DNA from: the human T2T-CHM13v2.0 reference genome, Homo sapiens
Length of the DNA stretch: 64,000 bases
Reading direction: 5' to 3' (one strand)
Assembly: GCF_009914755.1 (NCBI RefSeq)
Contig: NC_060929.1
In this document: in pieces, positions 1 through 15,694 of the stretch
How the letters are laid out: the number at the start of each line of letters is the position of its first letter
Position numbering within the stretch: position 1 is the stretch's first letter
Notes under the pieces: model-generated
The model's database searches: none
The model's input: only the letters and a program-made list of their open reading frames with translations
Told to the model about the DNA's origin: nothing
Translations under genes and position numbers: made by a program

Positions 1-1175
<1,175 letters not shown>

Positions 1176-1339
1176 TTAAATGTGAGAACTAGAGCTGTAC
1201 ATACAACATAGGTGAATTCCTATTCTACAAACGTTATGTGAAAGAAGCAAAGTACAAACATATTAAATGACATTATTTACATATAGTTCAAAATCAGACA
1301 GAGCGACTCTATATCATTCAGAAACAAACACACACACGA

Positions 1340-2026
<687 letters not shown>

Positions 2027-3243
2027 TGTATGATACACACACATATATACACATATGTGTTTGTAATATGTCCACATGTGTGTGCTTATTTGGCCGACGG
2101 ATTAGTGCTTTCTGTAATATAAGAGCATGACAGTATCAGAACTGTTTAATACGTTATGATTTTTCTGTAGAAGAAAGCAAAGAAAGATTGTATTCCATTA
2201 AGGGCTTAATCCTTTTGTACTAGTCTTTTTGTAGCACACACACATACCTACATATATACATATATAATGTATATGTATATGTATATCATAGATGTGTGTA
2301 TGTGTGTGCTGCAAAACTAAAATGAAAAGCAAGGATATCATAATTACAAATGTTAGAAGACTGATTAATTCTAGGGAGATGAAGAAAGAACTGCCCCAAG
2401 TTTGTTATGTGGTTTTTATACAGTTTCCCCTTTGTCTCTTTGTAGTGTCCTGCTCAAGAACTACAAGGGCGTAGGTTGATGTATAAATTCAGTTATGTAG
2501 CACCACAAGACCAAAGAGATAAAATTATTTTGTCAATCAAATGGTGGAGCTGATTTCAAGACAGTTCCAAGACAGCTGATTCCAAGGCAATTAATTCCTT
2601 TTAATTTAAGTGAACTTAAGCAACCCAAAAGTATTATGACAAGCAGAAGATTGGAGATGTGTATACAAGTGGCACATGCTCTCATAATACATTTGTTGGA
2701 TTAATTTTTCTTAATGCCTTTTCTAAGATTTCTGGAAAGAATTCTCAGTGTCAGAAGTATCTTAGATTGCTATTACTTTTAGGTTTAATATAATACATTG
2801 TAAGCAAGTACAATATAAATATAGATTACTTTATCTTACTAATAATTTAGTTTTTCTTCACTGCCAAGTCATACATCATATTTGTGGTGCTTAGACATTT
2901 CTTCTTTGATTTTTATCTGATTAAAAATGTTTTCAGCAAAAAGCATCTTTCAAGTATTGTAGAGGTATATCTAAGCAAGAATATAAAATTAAAACTGCTA
3001 ATTAAACACTTGGTATTTAATACTACTAGCTGTGACACAATGTAATTTACAGCTTCATAATTCTCCTTGATGGAATACAATCTTTCTTGAAAAAGATCAT
3101 ACTATATTAAACAGAGTTCTCATACTGTCACGCTCTTATTGTATTACAGAAAGCACTAATCCTTAGGCCATTCGTCTGACTCCCTGTTCCTAAAGTAATC
3201 CGTGTTGGGTCTTTGGTTGCTCTCTTGAGAGTTTGCTGTTTTT

Positions 3244-3325
3244 TGAGATTAGTCTTATTGTGCAAAGAGACCTTAGTTTTACGCTGAGATCAGTCTTATT
3301 GTGCAAAGAGATCTTAATTTTATGC
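3244..3325. repeat. 41-bp tandem duplication (2 copies, 37/41 identical)
   Basis: tgagattagtcttattgtgcaaagagaccttagttttacgc / tgagatcagtcttattgtgcaaagagatcttaattttatgc. Confidence 0.9.
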
Positions 3326-4409
3326 AAAAGGTGTCTTAGTTCCAGATGTTGAATAAGAGTTTTATTATTTTTCACTAAACGGTGCCAACCAGGTGCTTGT
3401 AAATATTCATGCTCATTACTTCTTTTTCTTTCAGTGTCCTCTAATGGAGGACAATCAGTGAGAGATAAGTGACTTTTGCTGCCTTTAGAAATTTAAATAG
3501 GAGGTAGAAGAATAGGAATAAGAAAGAGTAAGAGAGGACAGAAAGAAAGAAGACTTAGATAAACTTCATTTCATTATTGACCCAATTGTCACAGAAATTT
3601 CAGAGTTAAGTATATTCTATATTTGTTTATAATCATCATGAAATAATATGTGTACATGAGGGCACTCAGCTCTTTGGATCAGGATTGAATATTTCTGATA
3701 AAAATAAATCCTTTTGGGGAAAAGAGTCAATGGAAATTTGAAAGAATTTGATCAAAGAAAATGCCTATGAATGTAGCTTTAAAATGTTTGAATGAATGTA
3801 GTCATTGCTATAAATATGATTCTTATAGGTATTCCTATAGACAATATTCTTGGAAGCTGATCTACATTGGTTGGGTTAAAAGCTAGGTGTAAATAGAGAA
3901 AGCCAGTTATTAAAAATAGCAATATTCGGTTATTTACATGAGTAATCCAAAATTAAATGGGATTTAGTCCAGAGATGCAATGATGGACATTTGAAAAGCA
4001 ATTCAGGATGATAAAAAATTAGGCTAATATAATAATTTTATTTTACATGTGATTTATTTTATATTATGTTATATTAATGAACAATTTCATACTGATGAGC
4101 TAGTGTATTCTTTTCTTACTACTACATTTCAGGTAGGCATCTCAAAATTAGTATAGCCTCTCCTTTAGAGAAGATGATAATCAATAGCTACTAATTATTT
4201 CTATTTCTGGTATAAAATACTTTAATTAAAATATATGTTATTAAAATATTACAACTTTGAGCACTGAAATTTTCCTCTCTTTGCACTTAGATGTCAATTT
4301 GCTCCTGTTAGACCCAAGTTGGTGGTAGACATGACCTTATATCATAATCTCTGTTTCCTATTCTCCAAAAATTAATGTCTAGAATTAAAAGACTATCAAC
4401 AAATCTCAA

Positions 4410-7365
<2,956 letters not shown>

Positions 7366-7409
7366 TATTTTTAAAATAGTCATAGTGGCTTATCTCATTT
7401 ATTCTATAA

Positions 7410-7640
7410 TGTAACAAATATTTATTCAGAAAATTTTATGTGCCAAATATTGCCATGGTCATCCGAAACAAAAATGAAGAAGACATCATCCGTGTCTTCA
7501 GGGAGCTTTTACTCTAATATAACAGGTTAGAGAAGGGTAAGAATTAGATAAATTAATCAGGGTATACTGAAATGTAAATTGGTGGTCGTCTAGGAGAAGA
7601 TGAAGACAGTGATGGGTTGAGATCAAGAGGAAATACTTGA
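7410..7640 (-). mobile_element. L2 3' fragment
   Basis: aacaaatatttattcag..tatgtgccaaatattg..gtcttcagggagcttttactcta resembles the reverse L2 3' end. Confidence 0.5.
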
Positions 7641-8609
7641 ACTGGTCTCTATATTTTACTTTTATTTAAAATATAAGAAATAACTTAGCCTTTTCAGTAT
7701 TTAATGTGTTGACTGCCTCTGGTGTCTTCTCTGCGTAACTCTCTATGAGATGGCTTATTATGCTGGCTGTTGACTAGGGAAGGGTGGGTCTTCCACAAAC
7801 CAAGCGGGTTTGGAAAAGTCACCCGCCCTTGTTAGAGTAAAACTTACTGCAATCTACTACAATGTATAGAAAGCTAAGTAAGTGCATGGGTAGATTATAT
7901 ACATACTTTTTAAACTAGCACATCATGTACAAGGGGCTTAAATAGATGTTTGCAATAAAACTGAAGATTAAAGACATTATGACAAAGCAAGTACAAGGCA
8001 AAAATCCACAGGATAGCAGACTGACACTTCTTCTCAGCCACATTATGGATTTACTTAGGACCTAACTGGAGTGATAAGAAGTCAGGGAAAAAAATGAAAT
8101 TATCAAGATAGCTTGAAATTAGATTTGCCACCACTAATGTTAATAACGAACCTTGGCCTCAATGTATACACTTGTAAATACACTGATATTAAAAATTCAT
8201 CAGGGTTAACAAGTCATGAGCTACTTATTAATCTCCTATTTATCTCATATTTAAACATTTCTAATTATGTATATATTACAATACACTTAACATATGAGTA
8301 GAATATTACATTTATATAATTCAAAAACATTTTATTGTAGTGTGTTTGATTTTAAAGTTTTGAAATATTTCTCCAAAATCATTAGAGGCCCCATGCTAAG
8401 ATGTAGAAACAGAGAGCAAAGGTTAAGTGAGACAGGGTAAATCTTTAAAAGTAGAAGTGACCATATTTATTACATGATTGAACTTGGGGATGAGAGACTA
8501 GGAAGAATAAGATGAGATGGAGGTCTTGGAATGTTTGGAGAAGAGGTGTTTAAATATATATACATATTAAACAAGGAAAAAGAGTGCATAAGAGTTGAGG
8601 ATTTATAGC

Positions 8610-8957
8610 AATGCCCATCTTAAAATGTGTTCTCTAGAACACTATGTTCCATAAGATGTTAAGCTATCCCCCCTTCAAAACAGTCACCCTATGATTAAAT
8701 AAATTATAGAAAATATGGGTAAAAGAAAAGTTTTGTTGATTTTGATTTTGTAAAACTTCTGCTCATTCCCATTGTAAAGACACAAGGGTAGGAAATAGTG
8801 TGCAAAATTTTACTTGACCATCGACCAAGTGATAGAATTTCTCTCTATATATACTATCTTCATCTCTATCTCTATCTATAGATATATACATAGCTATAGA
8901 GATAGGTATGTATATGTATATATATAGAGAGAGATAGATATTTGGATGTAGCTATAA

Positions 8958-8993
<36 letters not shown>

Positions 8994-9077
8994 AGAGAGA
9001 GAAATAGCTAGATAGCCAGATATAACTATCTGGCTATTTCTCGATTTCTCTCTCTCTCTCTATATATATATATATGT

Positions 9078-9117
<40 letters not shown>

Positions 9118-9500
9118 TTATAGCTACATCCAAATATCTATAGATATGTATATACATATATATATCAAAGAAAGGCAGAGAGATAGAGAGAAAGAAAGGA
9201 TGCCTTGGTTCATGGCCAAGTAGACTTCTGTATGCTATTTTCCAGTATTAAGTCTTTACCAATGGTAGTGAGTAGAGATCTTGCAAAATCAAAATAAACG
9301 AAACTGTTATTTTACCTATGTTTTCTATAATATAGATATAGGTATCTATATATTTCTAGATATATAGATACATTGATATACTATATATGTATGAATATAT
9401 ACACACATTTCAATAATTATACATTATATATATATTTGTAATCTTGAATACCTATTAATCCCTTATGGGAAAGAGGGTTCTATGAACGACAGTTTGTTGT
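8610..9500. mobile_element. hAT-Charlie (Charlie4-like) relic present as two inverted copies around a microsatellite core
   Basis: aaaatgtgttctctagaacacta..ttccataagatgttaa and ..tacttgacca resemble the recalled Charlie4 consensus. A reverse-complement copy lies at 9212-9500. Confidence 0.45.
8935..9140. repeat. Perfect-armed inverted repeat with (CA)n/(TG)n and (GA)n/(TC)n microsatellites
   Basis: TAGATATTTGGATGTAGCTATAAATA (8935-8960) is the exact reverse complement of 9115-9140. Central ATAGCCAGATA-taac-TATCTGGCTAT. Confidence 0.95.
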
Positions 9501-9895
9501 ATTCAAACCAGTGTTTTTGGCAGGCAGTTCGGAAGTATGTCTGGGGATATTCAAAGTCAGTGAGGAGTGTGGACTGAATTGCCAGGAAAAGAAGTATAAA
9601 CATTGAAACCTCTGAAAACAAAACTGTAAACAAATTTATGCAGGGACTAAGAGGAGCAGTGAGAGATACTGAAGAATCGGAATAGAAGGGTGCACTGGTG
9701 TCACACAGGAGAGAGACAGGCTAGTCAACTCTGTTTATACCATGGGAGGTAAGAGGGGAACATATTGAACAGACGCTCTTGAATTTGGTAATGAGGATGC
9801 TAATGCTGATCCACAAGTGAGCACTTTTGAACAAATGATGAAAACAAGAGACCAGGCAGCAAATGGTGGATTTGTAGTTAGAAAGAAGAGACAGT

Positions 9896-10235
9896 GGCCA
9901 GGTGCAGTGGCTCATGCCTGTAATCTTAGCACTTTAGGAGGATAGGGCCGGCAGATCGCTAGAGCCCAGAAGTTCCAGATCAGCCTGGGCAACATGTGGA
10001 AACCCTGTCTCTACTAAATAAGTAAATAAATAAATAAACAAACAAGCATCGCTGGGTGTGGTGGCCCACGCCTGCAGTCTCAGCTCCTTGGAAGGATGAG
10101 GCATAAAGATCACTTGAGCCCAGGAATTCAAGGCTGCAGTGAGCCAAGATCACGCCATTGCACACTGCACTCCAGCCTCGGTGACAGAGTGAGACCCTGT
10201 CTCAAAAAAAATAAAATAAATAAAATAAAATAAGA
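9896..10235 (+). mobile_element. AluJ
   Basis: J-type gatcgctagagcccagaagttc, gagcccaggaattcaaggctgcagtgagc, gagaccctgtctc. (TAAA)n linker and tail. Confidence 0.92.
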
Positions 10236-12126
10236 AACAAAGAAAGAAGGAAAAAGCAGCAAATTACAACTATTTTCTCAGTGGAATTACACTCTGAAGG
10301 ATGATGGTAAATAAGAGTAGGGAAGTTGTGAGCATTATTGCAAATGTAGGAGAATGAACCAGGGAAGTAGAGGAGATGAAAGGAGACAGAGAGGCAGATG
10401 GAAGAGGAAAGTGGAGGGTCCAGGAAGAAGGAGAGCCATTCTGCTGACAAAGGAAGCAACAAATACAGGCCAAAGTGTTTTAGTATAGTTTCATTTCTCT
10501 TTTTGTGGCATAGAAATTCATAAATGTTTAATTTCACAGGTAAGGTAGCACCTACTGTAGAATTTCTTATCACTAATATGGAATACGAAGCATAATATTT
10601 TATTTAAAGTTTTCTTTTCACCATTTATTAATTTTAGTAATTGAATTCCACATCTATGTATTGAGCAATGAGATTTATACAATGACCAATTATATCTTCA
10701 TCTTTATTAAGCCTGTAATCTAGAATACAGTTCAAAAGGAAAACATGGCAAGATAATTGTCCTTTTGTCTAGACATTAGGGGTTAAGCCCCTGACCTGTA
10801 TATATTCCTCATTCTGCAACTTTGTAGTTCTGTAAGTGAAAAATTAATGCATTTGGTATTGATGTTTTAGAATTATGATCAATATTTTAATATCTTCTAA
10901 GTAGAAAAAATATTAACACAGGGCTTGATTTCATACCTTTCCTAAAAGCCACTAATATATTTATTAAAATTAATCTATTTAGATTAAAAACTGATGAACA
11001 TTTGATTTCTTGGGGGTTTGACTGAGTTTTTCTCAGACATACTTTCACAAGGATATGTTTAGATAATTGTCTAAGAATTGATGTTTTAAGTATTTTGATG
11101 AAATGATGGACTATTGTTGGTAATAATGAATGCTTTATAAAGTGTCTCTGCAACAACCACTAATTAGCTTCATTATAGCCCACAGCTAATTCTTGTGAAT
11201 AACTTATGTAAATGATGAAACTCTATTAGTTTTTCTGAATTTCCTGACAATGAGACTTTGAGAGTAATAAGTGTGGCAAATTTCTGACAGCAGGTACATT
11301 TCTTTGTTGCATTCTGAGAAAGAAATAATCCAAGTACTAGAATGTATTTAGCTGTGGAGGTTTTTCCTTTTCCAAAAGCTTTGAAAGTATAAGCTGAGAA
11401 AAGCAGGCTAGAAAAAGAGTCATTTGATTTGCATCTTAAGAACAAAGAAATAAATGAAAATGTGACTATTGTCTTTATCTCCACTGTTATTGTGTGCAGT
11501 ATCCTTCTGTAATCTTTTCTTGTAATGAGACTTAATAGCTGCTTTTGAGATATTAATGGAAATTGTCACAGACAAGGGAGATATTATGGCATCTAATGAA
11601 CTAAAGTAAGACTAAAAGGAAAAGAAAAGGAATAATAAGTAAAATTGACACAAATAAAAAGAATTTAACTAGTTTCTAAAATTTAACCCCATAGATGACT
11701 CTGCCATGAAATAAATCTAAGGATGAAAATGCATTACTATACATTTTCTAAAATATAATTTGTTAAACACAATTAGCAATTTTTTTGTTATTTTGTATTT
11801 AAGTTTTGTTTAAAAACCCCTTGACTTCCATTTTATGCAATATCTATATTAAAAAAAATTTCATCTGACTTAAAGGGCAAGTCAGATCACTGGGTTTGTT
11901 ACAGCAAACAAAAGTACAGATTCCAAGCATTCAAATAAAATAGTGGGTAAGAATATAGAGAACAATGTAGTGATATAGTTGATTTTAACTATATATTGAG
12001 CACTTGGGAAAATTTGAAGTTTAAATCAGTTTATTTAATAGGAACTATTGACTCTGACTCTTTCAGTGCTTACCTTTGGGTAAAACTGAAATTCACAAAA
12101 GTTGATGCTTAGGTAAGATAATTTCA

Positions 12127-12174
12127 TAAATGTACACACTTGCCCTTGTTTCTTGAAAGCTGAGTGGTGAATGG
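12127..12174 (+). repeat. 48-bp dispersed direct repeat, copy 1 (splice-cassette-like)
   Basis: 44/48 ungapped identity to 13276-13323. Confidence 0.9.
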
Positions 12175-13275
12175 CTGCCATTTAAGCGGGAGTGTATTCC
12201 CATCTAATTAAATGAAGGATGTACAATTGAGCTGTCAGGTAAAGAATTATGAGGTTAAGACATAAGTTATGATGGCAACCAGACTCCTTTTTTTTTTTTT
12301 TCTTTTTTAGGGCATTCCCTAAGGAACGAATTGTAAATAACGCCATCCAAATTCCTGAGAACAAGATGCATGCCAGGTTTCTGCCAGGATAACAGTTGAT
12401 GCCTAATTGAGCCTGGGATTGTTAAAATGTCTCCTTTTTATAGTCCTGAATAATGTAGAGCTAATGAACAGATTCCATTTTAGATCTGAAAGCATCAGCT
12501 CTCTAGCAAAGGTTTTTCTGTGTGTGTGATTTGGCTTACTAAAAAAATACATAAGTAAAAATAAAAATATAGAGACTCTTCTCAGCACAACCTCTGTCTT
12601 CATATAGATGCTAAATTTTTCATTAAAATTATGTGTAAATTGCTATAGCACATATACAGCTATTCTAATACGAACTGAATGATGAATTGATTGGTCTTGA
12701 AAACTGCATTCCATTTTAATCATATATTTTGGTTCAGGAGTGAAAAAAACTGAATCCTTGTCTATTGTTGCCTTCTTTTTTCTCTGACTTTCAGACATGT
12801 AGAACATTCCCGAAATTTTTAGACAGTTAATGCTTATCCCATGCTTAAGAAGAAATACTTATTTTTTTCTTTTCAATTGTGGATATTACAAACAGAGATT
12901 AGTGGCCTCTCACTTCAGAGCTGTCAGTATTGAAGTGGCATGAGCTATTAACATTCTATTGTAAGTGGTCAGAAGCTTCCTTTGGCATTCCTGTCAAAAG
13001 GCCACTAAAACCACCATTTTATGCTGTTTTCACTAAGATAATCCATTGCTATCCATTTTGATTGGTTGGTGCCATTTAATATGCCATATTTACTAATAAT
13101 CCTATGCAACTACTGAATCTTTTCTACTAAAGAAAGAAATAAAAGGTAAGTCTTAAATCAGGCTATACTCACATGAATGCTCTGATTTGATTTGCACAGA
13201 AATATTTTATTCCAGGAAAAATGAAATTAAATGCAATAAATAATTTTAAACTATCTTTGATTAGTTAAATAGGAC

Positions 13276-13323
13276 TAAATGTACACTCTTTCCCTTTTTT
13301 CTTGAAAGCTGAGTGGTGAGTGG
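13276..13323 (+). repeat. 48-bp dispersed direct repeat, copy 2 (splice-cassette-like)
   Basis: 44/48 ungapped identity to 12127-12174. Reads pyrimidine tract-AG|CTGAGTG|GTGAGT. Confidence 0.9.
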
Positions 13324-13719
13324 TCAGGTATTAGACCAACTAACAAAAATAGAAGGTAATTCATGTAATCACAAGGACAGTTATACAGAACACCAAGTAG
13401 GCTGCCCAAAGGCCAGAATCTATCATTTTCTGGCTCTATCACTCCTCTAACTGGTATGCCCAGTACAGACTTTATAATAGGCCAAAACTGGCCCTTGTTT
13501 AAAGGAAAGAATAAAATAACGATACGTATTTGTAAGAGGGATATATGCATATTCTTGGTCTTCTTGTTCAGTTAATTTATAAGGTATCACATATTTTTTT
13601 CTCAAATTTTCCAAATCTTAATCTAGGCTAGGAATCAAAAGATAGGATGAATTTTTATATTTTGAATATACATCTGTCCCATGACTTCAGTCTCATGAAC
13701 AATACACAATGTATTGTCT

Positions 13720-13980
13720 CACACATTAATTAATCTATTTATTAATGATTTTTGTGCCTGTATTATGATAGGCATGGCACTAGGCATTGGAGCTAGAACA
13801 ATGAATAATTAGGAAAAGAATTCTACCCTATAGGAAATTCACTGCAGAGAGAGGAAATACAAAATAGAGTGTGTCCGACAAGCACAAGTGCTATGAAGAA
13901 AAATCAACTGGGAGCAGAGGACAAGAAGGGCCCCACGGGAGCAGGGCAGTGGTTTTGGAATTTTAAACCTCATGTGACCT
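13720..13980 (-). mobile_element. L2 3' fragment
   Basis: tgtgcctgtattatgataggcatggcactaggcattggagctagaacaatgaa..ctaccctatagga. Confidence 0.6.
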
Positions 13981-14355
13981 AAAGAATCAAAGCTGAGAAT
14001 TTCTATTTAGGATTTGCTCATATTTGATCACACTCTTTATTTGCCTGAGGTTGATGTTTACATATGAAAAATTTCTGGTGCTATTAGATAAGTCAAATTT
14101 AATACGTTTTTCTTCACTTTTCTTTTAGGCTTTTATATGTGTTAATTATTAAAGTTATGATCAAGATCTCTCACGTTTGCATCTTGCTAACATAGTGATG
14201 TGAGTTAGCAAAAAGTATAATCTCCTTCAGGGAGGACTTTTGAAAACAGGTAAACAAAAATCTGAATTTCATGTAGATTTAGTCCTCTCTTGAGTCTCAT
14301 TGATCCCTAAATCTTCTTTGATTCTGTTAGTCTAGGATGCATTCCAACTTCCAGG

Positions 14356-14384
14356 GAGAGAGAGAGAGAGAGAGAGACAGAGAG
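14356..14384. repeat. (GA)n microsatellite
   Basis: gagagagagagagagagagagacagagag. Confidence 0.9.
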
Positions 14385-15694
14385 GATGTTATTTTGATTA
14401 TTGTGGCTATATTCTTTTAAATATTTGAATTCTAATTAAAAATATAACTCTTAATAAAACTTTCTATTTGGTACTGTGTTCACTGCAAGCAACTCTGATG
14501 AACTAGATCCCATTTTTAAATTAGTTTTATTGTGACCAGAAAAGGCTGGTTTTGTGGACTTTGAGGAGCCAGACTAATTGTGACCCAGTTAGAGCAGGAT
14601 GGCTTTGCTTTTATTAAATGGTGTCTGAGGTGAATGTCAGACAGCATACATCAACCTCTGTCCTCCTTCTGGCTTCCATGGGAGTTGTATGAGTATATAG
14701 AGTATGAATTTGGCCGTACAAATCTAATAGACAGTGGAATAACCCAGATCACTATTTTAGAGTCCAGTGACTGTTTTTTAAAAAATTAATTAATCTCTTT
14801 GACAGATTCCATGTCCTTTTCTTGTGATGTGCAAGTGACTTTCCCTTGAGGAATAATCTTCTAGCAATTCCCAAACACAGTTTTGTCTGTCAAAACATTA
14901 GCCTTCCTAATAAGGTACATATTTAAAGATTTTTATCTTTAAAAACTCATTTCATTGCTGATGTGTACTACTTATTAATTTATATCTTTTGAATTTTAAA
15001 ATCTAAAATTATTTAATTCACAAAAATTTCAATTTATTTTAACTTATACTAGAAACATTTATTTTATTGTTAAATAAGATTTTGAAACAATTATCAAACT
15101 TTTTAGACTTTATAAATCTGTTATTCTCCTTCCATCTTCAGAGGAATAAATTGTTATATAAAATAAATTTCCTTCTAATCATAGCTAATTATATACAAAA
15201 AGTTATACAGTAATAAGAAAATATGGTGCTGAGATTAGGAACACCATAGTTACATTTAGCTCATGTTTCTGTTCATTTCTACTAACAGCCAATTTCTAAT
15301 TACCGACAATTTATAAATAGCTTTATATAACATATGTAGCTACTCTACTATACTGTTGAAGAAAAATAAAAAAGTTTATTTGTAATAAAAAATAGACTGT
15401 TCAAATATTTAATTGCATCTCTAACAGTGATTGTTCAGACACATTCACCTCTATCCTCATATCAAATACAAATAAAAATGATCACATAATTTTTTTAGAA
15501 TCCTTGGAAAATTAAACTAATTTTATTAATGCTAATGCTTTGGTTTGAATAAAAAATAATCATACATATTAAGGGTATTTTGTTAGATAGATGACTGATT
15601 GGTTTATTTTGATAATCTCCTCTCCTTTGGGGTAAATAAAATATATTTTGATATAAAAAGTCAGTGTAGATCTTTTAACAAATTAAGACACTAC

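Noticed and set aside
3244-3325. Repeat-spacer pattern as a CRISPR array
   Set aside because: Only two abutting copies with no unique spacers, in primate DNA.
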